A DNA stretch of 64,000 nt from Octopus sinensis (taxonomy: Eukaryota): contig NC_043000.1 of the NCBI RefSeq assembly GCF_006345805.1, forward strand, positions 118,792,001 through 118,856,000, in the 5' to 3' direction. The first letter of the stretch is position 1. Each line of letters opens with the position of its first letter. The notes beneath the pieces were generated by a model. That model ran no database searches. It was not told the origin of the DNA and saw only the letters and a list, made by a program, of their open reading frames with translations. This document shows, piece after piece, positions 39,083-51,671 of the stretch. The translations under genes were made by a program, and so were the position numbers.

Positions 39083-40269
39083 TATACATATATACGACAG
39101 GCTGCTTTTCAGTTTCTGTGTACCAAATCCACTATAGACGAAGACACTTGCCCAAAGTGCCACGCAGTGGGACTGAACCCGGGACCATGTGGTTCGTAGG
39201 CAAGCTTCTTACCACACAGCCATATTTATTTGTATATGTGTGTGTGTATATGTGTCTGTGTGTAGATTACCAACGCTATCAATGGTTTCGTATGTGTGTG
39301 TGTGTTTGTTTGTGTGTGTGTGTATGTGTGCGTGTGTGTGTTTGTTTGTGTGTGTGTGTGTGTGTGTGTGCTCGCATTTCCCATACCTACTACCTGACAA
39401 CTGGTATCGGTTCATTTCTGTCCCCGTAACTTAGCGCTCCGGCAAAACAGACCAATAGAGTAAGTAAAAAACTTAAAATAAGGGGTTCAATTTGTTCGAC
39501 TAACCTTGCAAAGTGGTGCTCCAGCATGGCTGAAGTGTAATAAATGAAATAAATACGATAGAATATATCAGTGAAATAATAACTCTTTCTCACGAGAATA
39601 AAAATATTTTAACAGACGTTGCGCAAAGGATGTAGATTTCGAAAGATTTCGAAATGAAACTCAATACTTTGATGCTTAAACTGGCAGGTTCTAAAGAAAC
39701 GTTAAGAAAATGCGAAGACATTCAAAAGACTACACAAAATATTTTAATTTGAATGTGAAAACTTGCACGAAGTGTATGAAAAAGCAAAATGTAACTATAA
39801 AATAACAGGGGTGCGGCTCGAAAAACGGGACGCAGTGGAAAGTATAGGAAGACGTGTTAGTCGGGGGTGGGGATTATAGAATGGTAGAGGAATTCTAAGA
39901 CAAGCTATGTTTTCAAATGGGGAGATTTTAAGGAGTATTTTGAGAAGTTATGGTCGAAGAATTGAGAATGGATATGCATGTTTTGCAAAAGAGAAACCCA
40001 AATATAGATTTGATGTTCTACAGATTTGATAATCTTAATTTATTCTATCTTTTACTTGTTACAGTCATAGGGCTACGACCATGCTACGGCATATCTTTGA
40101 AGGGCTTTGTTCAACAAATCCACTCCAGGGCATGTTTTAAAGTTTGGTACTGTTTCTATCGGATACCTTTTGCCAAACTGCTAAGTTACGCGGATGTAAA
40201 TAAACCAGCATCGGTTGTCAAGTGGTGTAGAAAGGAAACAAACCCAATGCTACACGCACACACACACAC

Positions 40270-40319
<50 letters not shown>

Positions 40320-40439
40320 TAATGGTCACTCCTGTCGATTTCGACGAATGAGTGTTTGAAGGAAAAGATTTAAGGGGGAAAAGTGAGAAAAAAATTTAAG
40401 AAAATGTGTGAGACAAAGAGAAGAAAAAAACAACTTTAA

Positions 40440-40850
40440 AATAAAAGAATAAAAAAAGTTTTATCTCTGTTTGCGATGAATGCGTTGAGACCGGGTGTGG
40501 ATTTTGCTATGAAGTCGCAATGGGAACGCTGATGGTTTTGAATTTCCCTGAGAATGGGCAAATGTGTTTGTTGATTGCAGGATATGAATTTATTGATCGA
40601 TTTCTTCAATTCAAATCGTTTTGAAGCATCGTGGTACATTTTACGCTATGCAGATCGATCTAAACAATGGCTTTCCCAAAATGTCAAATCAAGCTGTAGA
40701 GACTTTAATGATTGCTTCAACTTGTCCTTATATTTATGGACGAGTCTTTCTTTACCGCAGTGTCCCTCTACTTCTTGGCCATACGAAAAAATATTCGGTA
40801 GAGGTCATCTTTCATTCGAACATGTCCTACCCATCTGCACTGAAATAATA
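40440..40850 (-). pseudogene. RTE/BovB-like LINE 3' fragment
   Basis: RWVGHVRM..YG..KYKDKLKQSLK..WE..DRSA on the minus strand. Confidence 0.55.
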
Positions 40851-41149
40851 ATAATGGTTTCATATTTTGGCATGAGGTCTACAATTTAATGGGGAGAGGG
40901 TTAGTCACATATATATCGGCCCCATTACATGATTGGTACTTTACTTTATCGACCTCGGACGATGAAAGACAAAAATTGATCTCAGTGAGATTTGAACTCA
41001 GGACCTAAAAAGCCAGAAGAAATACCACAAGGCATTTTTCCGATGTTCTATCGATTCTGCCAACCTACCACCATGTAATGATTGCCAACCGTATCAAAAG
41101 TTACTGAGTAATCGAAATTAATCAGAGCTCTACCTAAAACGGGTTTGTT

Positions 41150-41760
41150 ACCCATACACTTTACATTTTATCACATGAAGAGGAGAGACTGTCATAAATA
41201 AGTCCGAATCACTCGAATCATGGTTTTCCTGATTACACAATCGATAACCAGCACCAGTCGCTTAACAACACCTTTACTAAAATCTAAAAAATCGATAATC
41301 ATCAGATTTATGGGCTGGAAATTATCAATGGCGTCCTTCTTTATAGCATCCTACTCCTCTAGTGTTATTGGATCACAGAATTTGAGATTCACCAATTCTG
41401 TTGCCAGCTGCAGTAGATCGGTGAGTAGCGTGACTTAAAACTCATAAAATTCTTAAAACTCATTCAACCATTTACCGTCAACCATATCTCAGCTGTCATT
41501 ACCGTTTTATCTCAGAGCTCTACATCCTCCGTTGAGTGCTGCGACAATTTATCAAAGTAGGCCCAATACTTTTAATAATCTTTGAGAAATCTATCGAGGT
41601 GGCTTCCAACATGTAGTTGAATAACTTACATGAATACAGGTATATAAGGTAACATGCAACATAAGCTCTTGATTAGTTACATTTATCTCCGCCTCTAAAG
41701 GATGCCTCTAAATAACTAAATGGCAATTAAGATCAGCTGCACACGAGAAGGAGAGATAAT
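41150..41760 (-). pseudogene. Old, degenerate Tx1/L1 ORF2 fragment
   Basis: Minus-strand translation DAIDNFQPINL...KGVVKRLVLVID resembles IIDNFRPITLLN...KVLAKRLALV of copy 2. Many stops. Confidence 0.4.
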
Positions 41761-42794
41761 CTCGCGACTGAAGAATTTTCCAAAACTGACATGCCGTTAA
41801 AGAAAGAGACAGGCTTATTGTAAGGAGACAGTAGTAGGCACATATTCTGGCTGAATGACCGTCCCGCTAAGTTACGAGTACGTAAACAAACAAACACTGG
41901 TTGTCAAGTGGAGGGACGCGGAACAAACACGCGCGAGTGCACATATACAACGAGTTTCTTCTTTCAGTTTCCGTCTACCAAATCCAATCACAAAGCTATC
42001 GTCTGTCCGAGGCTGTCTAGAAGATACATGCCCAAAGTACCACGAAGTGGGGCTGAACCCGAAACCATGTGTTTGAGAAGCAAATTTTTTACCATGCCAT
42101 GCCTGTATTAAATATATTTATAGAGATATACATAAATAACTATAATTAACTTGAAATAAACAAATATTCTTTTCTACTCTAGGCACAAGGCCCGAAATTT
42201 TGTGGGAGGGGACCAGTCGATTAAATCGACCCAGTACGCAACTGATACTTAATTTATCGACCCCGAAAGGATGAAAGGCAAAGTCAGCCTCGGCGGAACT
42301 TGAACTCAGAACATAAAGACAGACGAAATACTGCTAAGCATTTCGTCCGGCGTGCTAACGTTTCTTATTTCTTTACTACCCACAAGGGGCTACATATAGA
42401 AGGGACAAACAATGACAGACAAACGTATTAAGTCTATTATATCGACCCCAGTGCGTAACTGGTACTTATTTAATCGTCCCCGAAAGGATGAAAGGCAAAG
42501 TCGACCTCGGCGGAATTTGAACTCAGAACGCAGCAAACAAACGAAATACGAATTTCTTTATTGCCCACCGGGGGCCAAACATAGATATGGACAGTACAAC
42601 TGATGGGATCAGTGAATCGATATGATTTTACATAAATGTGACATCAAAAATAAAATACAATACATAAAAATCGAATGGAATACACAGTACAAAAACAATA
42701 CAAATGAAGCGATGATCAAGTTACGCTCCGATCCCACAAGCCCCGATCTACCGCTGATACCTTTTTATTTTTCCTTTTTTTTTTCCTCGTCTAT

Positions 42795-45700
42795 TCACAC
42801 GGTTCCTTGCACGCACAACACTCGTGCAACATACTTCCATCTCTTTTGGAACGTACACTCTGACAGACACCTCTTCTCCAGCCACAGTTTCCTTTTCAAA
42901 TGAAAAGAAAAAAGGATCGTAAATTGTCACCAGAGATAAAGTTGCCTGTCTTAATTCCTTTTATCCTAGTATTCCATACAGCCTCTTTTGCTATTGCTAC
43001 AACCGTGAGAAAACAATTCTTACCTTCGTTCGTTAGAACTCCCGGTGGGTTAATTTTTATAATTGACTCAGTCGACAGCCGTACTCTTCCTTCGCTGGAC
43101 AACAGATGTTCAGCATAAGCCCACATTTCAGTTATCTCCGGACACTGAACAATAGCGTGAGGGACGGTTTCCCTGTCCCCACCGCATCTTGGACAGGTCG
43201 GCGACTGACGTTTACCATGTCTTGCGAGCTTATCCCAAACGGGCAAGGCATCTCTGTAGCATTGCCAGGTTAAGGACTTTTGGAAGTTGTCCAACGTTCT
43301 CAACCCGAATGTACGATGAAACAAGCTGTCCAGTTGAATAAATCCGAGACCTAGAGTCGACCCCAGGCCATCGTCGCATTCAGACTCTACCAACCCACTA
43401 TATAAAATCCGTGTGGAACCCCCACCGCTGGCGTTGCCCGAGCGCCGGAACAGCAAGAGGGCCTTACGGCACTCTTTATGCCACTCACTCGACCTCGGTC
43501 TACGAGAACACCAGGCTTCCTGTTCGCAAAAAACTTTGAACTCAGGGAACATTGGCTGAGCGGGAGACCACACCCGTTCACTATCCAGGAAATCCGAGGT
43601 GCCTGCCTCAACCTCAACGCATGTCTGCGCATCTAACCAAGGCATCCCTAAACCTCCATTTAAAGGCTTTTGACAGCAGACAGAGCGTTTCACAAGTGGC
43701 GACCTGCCCTTCCACAAAAAGCGAAAGAGCTGTCTCTCCAACCTGATCAACCACGAATCCGGACAGGGCACGACAGTCAGGCGGTAGGTAATGACCGATG
43801 CGATAAACACATTGGCCACTTCCGCCCTCCCTTTCAGGGATAGCCACCGCCAAGACCAAGTCTTGACTACTGCAGCCACCCTGCTCAATACCTCCGTCCA
43901 GTTCTTCTCTATCTGGAGGCCTGGTCCAAACCAGACTCCCAGCAACTTAACCGGTCCCTCCGTCCAGCGCCTAACAACACTGTCTGAAGGCATCGACTTG
44001 CCAACCCAGGTGCCGAGCTGCAAGCCGACCGACTTTTCCCGGTTAATCTTTGCTCATGCTACCTCCTCGTAAGCCTCAATAGTCTTACCTACTTCACGTA
44101 GGCGTACCACTGTGGTTACACTGATAGTGATATCATCCGCGAAAGCCGTAACAAACTCCTCTAGTCCTGGTTCTCTCGGGATGCCACTCAACTTTGCAGT
44201 AATGGCTCGAGAGCCATCACATACAAAAGTGGTGAAAGCGGACATCCTTGACGAACCGAGCGTCTGATGCAGAACGGCTTCGAAAGGAAACCGTTCACCC
44301 GAACTATCGAGTCAATGTTGTGGTACAAAGCGATAAACCACCTGAGGAAGCCAAGGCCCAGGCCAAACCGCGCAAGTACAGTCGCTAGGTATCGATGGTC
44401 AACCCTATCAAAAGCTTTAGACTGGTCCAAATGCACCAATGCCCCACCTTTGCCAGATTTATTACCAAACCTCTCTATGGTATAGCGAATAAGATGGAGG
44501 GTATCCTGAATGGTTCTGCCTGGGATGGCACATGTCTGTGCCTCCCCGACTATACCATTCGCGACACGCGCCAACCTTTTTGCTAGAACCTTGGCCAAAA
44601 TCTTCACTTCTGCGTTTAACAGAGTGATGGGCCTGAAATTCTCTAGAACGTCCCCCTTGTCCGGGTCCTTTCTGACCAACGTCACTACTCCCCGGCGCAC
44701 AGATCTGGGGATAAACCCATTCTGTTTCCAGTTCGCGTACACGTCAGTCAGTAGTTGCCCGAACAAGTCTGGCATACATTTATACAGCTCGTACGGAAGA
44801 CCATCAAGTCCCGGTGACTTACCCGCTTTACAATCGGCCAAAGCCTCCATCACCTCCTCAAGTGTGATTGCCCTTCGCAAGACTCCGCATCCGACCCCGA
44901 GAGGCACGGCAGCCCGGTAAGAAAGTCCTCGAGGGCTCTCCCACCACCAGGACCGCCGTCACCCCCGAACAGCGGGCGAAGTACTCCCGAAAGACCTCAC
45001 ACATTTTCTCGGGTTCGTTTATCAAGACACCATTTTGATTCGTCAAACACCGAATAGAGGAACTATTTCCTTGCCGAGCTTCCACCACTCGGCCCATCCA
45101 GCGGCTTTGATTCCTTCACTTCCCATTGCACGTAACTTAGCTCTGGTAATACTTCCCATGTGGTGGGCTTCAAGATGCTGGTTTAACTCCAGTCTTTTCA
45201 CCCTCGCTTGGTCTGTATTACCAGTCCTCCAGGCTTCTTCTAGTTCCTTAACTAGACCATCTCCTATTTTACGTCCCTTCTTAGCTAAACTTATGCTAAA
45301 CCTAATAGACTCATATTTGATGGCTCTTTTTAGGGCGTACCACCATTTGTTATTAATGATGGTACCTGTTAATGCCCTCTGTATTAACATCTTGATCCGC
45401 TTTCTGTACTCCTCAATCGCCAAAAGGGACGTATTGAGTTTCCAGTAGCCAGATCCCTGTCTATGCAACTTATCTACCGTCAGTTTACAGGTAACCATCT
45501 TGTGGTCACTGTAGCTGACTAGAAAAAACTGTGGACACTCAACTATGGACTTATCTTTTTCTCTAATTAAAATCCTATCTAGATATGTTCTGGTAGATCC
45601 GTCACTATTTGACCACGTCCACTGTGGAGTGTTCGGGTGCTCCAACCTATATGGATCTGCTAGCTGAAATTGACTTAGCAGATCCCGAAAGCCTGTGTTA

Positions 45701-46188
45701 CATTTTCTGTTCATGTTCGAGTTTGAGCCAACACAATCTGTGTGTGCTGCACATATTGTATTAGAGTCTCCTAACACTACTAGTGAATGCGACGTGGCTA
45801 GGAACTTTCCTAGGCCACGAAAATATTCAGTTTGCGGGCCAATAATGTTTGGTGCATAAATAGCGACCAGCCTGATTGTCTTGCCACAACTGAATGTCAA
45901 GTCGAGAACGACCAGCCTGCCTTCTGGGTCAGAAAAACCAACTTTTTCTCGGCTACCCAGTTTCTTTTTAGTAGGACCAACACCCCACCCCCCCACCTCC
46001 CGCCCGACTCGGAGAAACGTATTTCTCGTAGCCGTTCAGGAGGGGGAGCAGATCTCTTGGCCCCTTCACCCGGTTTCCGTTGCAACACATTACATCCAAA
46101 TTTCCGACCTGATGTCATTCAGAAAGCGTCCTTGCTTCCAGCTTGACAACAGGCCATGAACATTTAAACAACCCATGTGGATAGCCAT
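42795..46188 (-). pseudogene. Tx1 ORF2 (APE + RT + CCHC), several frameshifts
   Basis: MAIHMGCLNVHGL, AIYAP, VLGDSN, TYLDRIL, YSDH; KSPGLDGLPYE, ENFRPITLLNAE, DQSKAFDRVDH, FADD; CPRCGGDRETVPHAIVQC. Confidence 0.92.
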
Positions 46189-47696
46189 CACTTACCTGTT
46201 TAATTAGGATTGTCCGGTGGAGGGGGACCCTCCACCTTTTTTTTATCCAGGGTCGGAGGTGGACGGTCTTGGGAAATAGATTTGTCAAAATCCCGTCTCA
46301 CCACCGACCAGAATTATCAGGTGGAGGGGGAATCTCCACCTTTTCTTTTCTCGCGGGATCGGAGCTGGTAATCCATGAAATATCGACTTGTTAAAATCTA
46401 ATCTCAATGAAGATACAGTCTTTCTGTACTTATTTTGTAGAATTCTATAAGTCTTATTTGAGACTTCATATATGTCGTAATTGATAAATTCCTCTGAAGG
46501 TTATCAATTTTTTTTACAGTCTTTATGAGTTGAATGTTCTCTCATGAGCTCAGTATCTTTAGTGTATACGGCTATTATGCCTTTTTCTTCTTTTTCTCTT
46601 CTGCAGTCTTTTTTGGTCGTTGTTCTGTAGTAGTCGCCGCTCTCGCTGGGTTGCTGGTTGTATTTTTCTTTTGTTTGTTGTTTTTTTCTCATCTGTTTCT
46701 TCTTTATCTTCTTCCTCCTCTTCTTCATTTTCCTTGCAGTTCCTTCGAATGTGGCCTAATTGACCACATAAAAAACATCGAGGTTTTCGGCCCTCAACAA
46801 ACAACACGAGGTTCTCCTCCCCTACCTCAATTGTCTCAGGAATTGTTTGAATTATTTTAGGGTCCGCTTGAATGAGAAGATTAATTGTTTTACCATCCCA
46901 GCGTGGGTTTTCCGTAGCGGTAGCCTGGAGGAGAGTAATTTTTTCTACCTCTTTGATTAGGACTGCCGCCAACAACCACATAGGTTCGACCTCTGGCGGG
47001 ACCCTTGTAATTTTTATTCGCGACGTCCTCATCCCCATATAATAGGGTATTAACTCCACGTCGTTCGTTTTCAACGTTTCCACTGAGTTCTTGTGTGCTA
47101 TTTCTTTATTGGTGAACCTTACTTCCACCGTTCCGAATTTTTTTCCTCTCTTCTCAGAAATACTACGTCGCCCAATATTGGCTTTAAGCACTTTTCTATT
47201 TTCTCTTCTGACATTCTTTCAATTTTTCTATTTTGTAGACAATATGTTTTGAAAATTATTGTTTTTTGCTTTTCTTCCTGTAATAACTTTTGCGGAGGTT
47301 CAATTTTCACACTGTTGTCATTTATTTCCATCATTTTGCTGTATTTCATAATTTCGCTTTTATTCGTCGACAGTATCTGGGTTCCACCCCCAGCAGCCAA
47401 CGCAAAACTTTTTTTTTTTTCCATTTTTTGGTTCTATCTGGATGCTAGGCACATCAATTATTCTCTTCGACACAATGCCTTTGTTCTCTGGCAAAGTCGG
47501 AAACTCTTCTGGTGAAAGTTCTGACGAGCTCTCAGACACATCTCCAAAAATATCAAATATATTATCCTCTCTGCTATTCCTTCTTGTAGCGGGGGAAAAC
47601 CCCTATTTCCTTGTCTGTAGTTGGCTCCTCGCCGGACATGTATTTCCTCCTTTCAACAGGAGAAACAAGTATTTCTGCTCCAACGGTAGGCTCCAT
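46188..47696 (-). pseudogene. Tx1 ORF1 (CCHC gag-like), frameshifted
   Basis: VEGRKPRCFLCGQLGHIRRNC knuckle in ORF 46559-47191; acidic N-terminus; the stop overlaps the ORF2 start (TGATG). Confidence 0.82.
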
Positions 47697-47920
47697 GCTA
47701 GACGACATTCTTCCCCCCAAAGGGGGAATGAACAACGCGTGCTACCACAAGCACTAAGTGTTTTCAATTGAAAACTCCAACAGTTAAGTTATTCAACAGT
47801 TTAACAAGAAACAACAATTGTTAACAATATTAACACCACGAAACAGCAATTCTTACTTCACGAACTCATGTGCGGCAGACGAAATACGGCTACGCATTTC
47901 GCCCGGCGTGCTAACGTTTC

Positions 47921-49662
47921 TTATTTCTTTATTACCCACTAGGGGCGACACAGAAAGGGACACTAAGAAACATGGGGACATATAACATTATAATTAAACT
48001 TTATGAACATGAATTGTTAAACGAAAAAATGATTAAATGAAAGCGATACCAACGGCCCCGTCCGTCAGCATCACTTACCTGTCCTTTGTTTTTCATAGTC
48101 ACTTGAATGTTTTTTGCCAATACGAATAAATTCCATATCCATTCTTACTCCGAAATACTCATCCATATTTTCCACGAATTCATCGCTCATTCTTATATCT
48201 TTCACCTCCCAATTCTTCCTTTCACACCTCCCCATAAACTCACCTATGTTCTTCTTTTCAATCACAGCATACCTAGTCTCACCAACATCATACCATTTAT
48301 ACTCTTCCATTAGACTTTTAACTTCTTTCTGTTCAGTCATAGTACAAATGTACATCCTGATATCGTTTTCAATCTATTGTGTGTTTGTATTCTTTTTTTT
48401 CTTTTGTTTTCTTGTTGGGGGGGAGCGGGTGGGTTCAATGTCTGCATGGGTAGGGTGGGACTCAGAGGGCGTGGGTGGTTTTGGGGTGGATTGGAGTTCC
48501 ATATTATTTTCTTTTCCACGTATTCTTCTCTTCCTCTTACTTCCAGCTTCCTTCCATTTCTGTGTATTCTCTTCCTCTGTTTCCTTCTCCTCTGGTTTCT
48601 GCTTCTCTCTCTCGGTTCGGGATCCATTTCTTTCCCTGGGGGAGGGCAGAAGGCTCTTATGTGACCCCTCAGGCCACACTTGTAACAACGTGGAGCCCTG
48701 CCCTCCACCCACACTCTCATGATCACTTCTCCCAGTCTGATGCTTTCCGTCAGGTCCACCAGTACCTCGGTCTCTGCCTGTACGTTCAGCTCCACTGTTA
48801 CGCCTCTCCAGCCCTCGGACTTAACCGAGGCATGGAGAATATCCACTTCGTCCTCGTGGCCGCTGATCACAGCCGCCACAATCCATTCTGCCTCCACGTT
48901 TGGTGGCACTCCCTCCACCCTTATTCGTGTAATCCTCCTGTTTAAATACGTAGGTAACAGTGTTACCTTTTCCGACTTCACCGCCTTCGCTGCCATCTTC
49001 CTCGCTGCAGATTCACTTTTAAAGTGCACAACTACGGTCCCGTACTTGGATCCCGAGTCAGAAAATTTATTTCCTCCTCAGTTCTTCGCAGGGCTTCCTC
49101 TATCCATTCCATGGATACAACTTCTACCCTCTTCCTTTCGTTTGCGCACACCCTGTAAACAATGGTCCTCTTATCATACCATTCTTTTCTCCTGGGTGTC
49201 GGTGATAGTTCCACCTCACCGCTTTCCTTTTTCATGTGTTTCTGGTAACTTGGTAGCTTGGCAAGTCGACCCCTTTCTCTTCCGCCTTCTTGGTTACACC
49301 GGCATAAGTATAACTCAGCTTCTTTTCCAAATTCCTCGCTGCCATTTCTAGCTCCTTCTCAGACGTAGGCGAGTCTGATAAAGACTCGAAAACTCCAGCC
49401 TTTTCCTCCATCAGCTTCACTGCAATTGCCTGTTCCAGTTCCTCATCTGTCGTGGACAAGTCTGTTAGAGACTCATAGTCCATTTCCTTCTGTCTGACAG
49501 ACCGAAAACGGCCGCCAAAACAGAAAAAAGTTTAACGCGCTGAACGAGCGAAACGCGAAACCGCGTCAACGCCGTTCAGAATTTCCACAACAACAACCAC
49601 GCTTTTTGTTCTTTTTTACCGAATTTTCAGGAGCCGAAAAAAACACAACCGACGTCAAACGA
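47921..49662 (-). mobile_element. Non-autonomous ORF1-only Tx1 derivative (half-L1-like) with 5' UTR, 3' tail and TSD
   Basis: ~180 nt 5' UTR, ORF1, ~150 nt 3' UTR ending GCCCCTAGTGGGTAATAAAGAAATAA. TSD CGTGCTAACGTTT at 47907-47919 and 49663-49675. No ORF2. Confidence 0.85.
48071..49483 (-). pseudogene. Tx1-type ORF1 with CCHC knuckle (frameshifted) in the ORF1-only element
   Basis: Fragments 49232-49483, 49032-49235, 48337-49029 (VEGRAPRCYKCGLRGHIRAFC), 48374-48712 and 48071-48355 are collinear with the other ORF1s. Ends RTGK* like the neighbouring element. Confidence 0.82.
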
Positions 49663-50798
49663 CGTGCTAACGTTTTTGCCAGCTCGCCGCCTTATTTACG
49701 GATCTTAACTCATTTGAATTCTTTGTCCGAAAATGTGTGTACCCGCATGCAAGCTCCGATTCTTTCTTGAGAGAGAAAAATTAAAATATTGCATGTATAT
49801 TTGTACGTAGCTTGGTTCTATTTTGCTTCACTTTCAAAAAGTTTTTATCTCGTTTTGGTGCACTAATAGAAATAATATATGTATTTGTTGCTAGCTGTTT
49901 TAGGGTTAAATGACGGGTAATACACTCACATTACGAAGTAAATTATATTATTTAGACGTAAAATTACAATTTATTTGTCATAAAAAGAGGGGAAAATATT
50001 ACTGTATACATTGTATATGTTGGTGTGAATTACCTATTACCTATATACATACAGCAGTCTATGACCCATTATTTTAATTTAAATTGAATCTAAAACCCGA
50101 CAGAGAGGAAGTAAGCCAAAATTTGAATGTCTGACACTAGCTGCACAAAAACAGTTACAAAAATATATAATGAAGGAGGATGCAACTATTGCAGATAGTG
50201 TATAATGTAACCGGTACAATGAAACTGTCGAGCTAATCTCCTACTTGCTCAGTCCTTACCAAGTCCGAGTATAGACGCAGATATGGCCGAGTCAACAATA
50301 ATATCCACCAGACAATATATTAACACCTCGACGTGGAAATGGACAATAAATAATATGAAAATATACCTATTTCTTTACTACCCACAAGGGGCTAAACACA
50401 GAGAGGACCAACAAGGACAAACGGATTAAGTCGATTATATCGACCCCAGTGCGTAACTGGTACTTATTTTATCGACCCCGAAAGGATGAAAGACAAAGTT
50501 GACCTCGGCAGAATTTGAACTCAGAACGTAACGGCAGGCGAAATACGGCTAAGCATTTCGCCAGGTGTGCTAACGATTCTGCTAGCTCGCCGCCTTAGTA
50601 TGAACAAAAATATAGAAGCCATTACGAGCTCTCAACGTTACACACAGTTCCCCAAAATAACTCTACTATGTATGGCCCACATTCTACATAAATCTCTATC
50701 AATTCAATCACACAATTCAAGCAGAACATTCCCTGCAAACAACACATGTTCTAATACGATAAGCAACCAATAAAAAACAGCAGTACAAACATTGCACA

Positions 50799-51527
50799 TA
50801 CGTGGTTTTATCAATAAGTATCCGGACTGTTGCTATAGTAACTAAGCTAAGGAACGCAGAGTGAAGCTTCTTGGCACAGATTGACCTTGAACTCTGTTGT
50901 GTATGTGTACTAAGTTTTAACATTTTAGCTCACTTCCACTGTTTACAGCAGTGCTTGGAAGAAAGATGTGTAGCGTGTGATCGTCGCATTGAGCAGAGAT
51001 TCTGCATAAAATTTTGCCAAAAACTTGGCGATACTTGCCCAGAGGCCTACACAAACTTTTCAAATAGTTTCCATCGTTCTCGACACAGTCAAGGAGATCT
51101 TTGTGCAACGGAAACCCGAGTGTCCTTTTGGTCAGCTGAAAGCAGTTTTGGCACAAACTTGGCAGACACGTGTCTCATACCCAAGTCTTCAGTGATAATG
51201 AACTGAACTGAATCGTAACTAATCTGCAAATCCCCTGACAACTTACGGATGTTGGTTCGACGATTTCCCCTCACACCTGCAAGCATATCTGCGATGTCCT
51301 TCTCAGTTCTGCTGGATGCTTGTCTCCCAGAGCGTTCGTCAATATCGACATTTCTTTTTTTTTTATCATATTGGAAACCTCTGAACCCCTCATACACTTG
51401 TGTATATCTCATACACTCCTCTCCATACACTTTCTGCAACTTTGCGTAGGCCTCTCACTGAGAATATCAGGCCTTGTGCCATCAGTAGAAATTCTTCTTC
51501 TTCTTCTTCTTCTTATTATTATTATTA

Positions 51528-51563
<36 letters not shown>

Positions 51564-51596
51564 CATTATTATTATCATTATTATTATTATTATTAA

Positions 51597-51671
<75 letters not shown>

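Larger units (their letters stand above)
42551..47871 (-). mobile_element. Tx1-clade retrotransposon, distinct family, apparently full length, inserted in a SINE head
   Basis: ORF1 + ORF2. 3' end ...GGCCCCCGGTGGGCAATAAAGAAAT. Both flanks are consecutive parts of the same SINE, with ACGAAATACG duplicated (42541-42550 and 47879-47888). Confidence 0.9.

Noticed and set aside
46216-46244. Hairpin + T-run resembling a rho-independent terminator
   Set aside because: Eukaryotic retroelement and antisense to it; a bacterial terminator reading is not meaningful.
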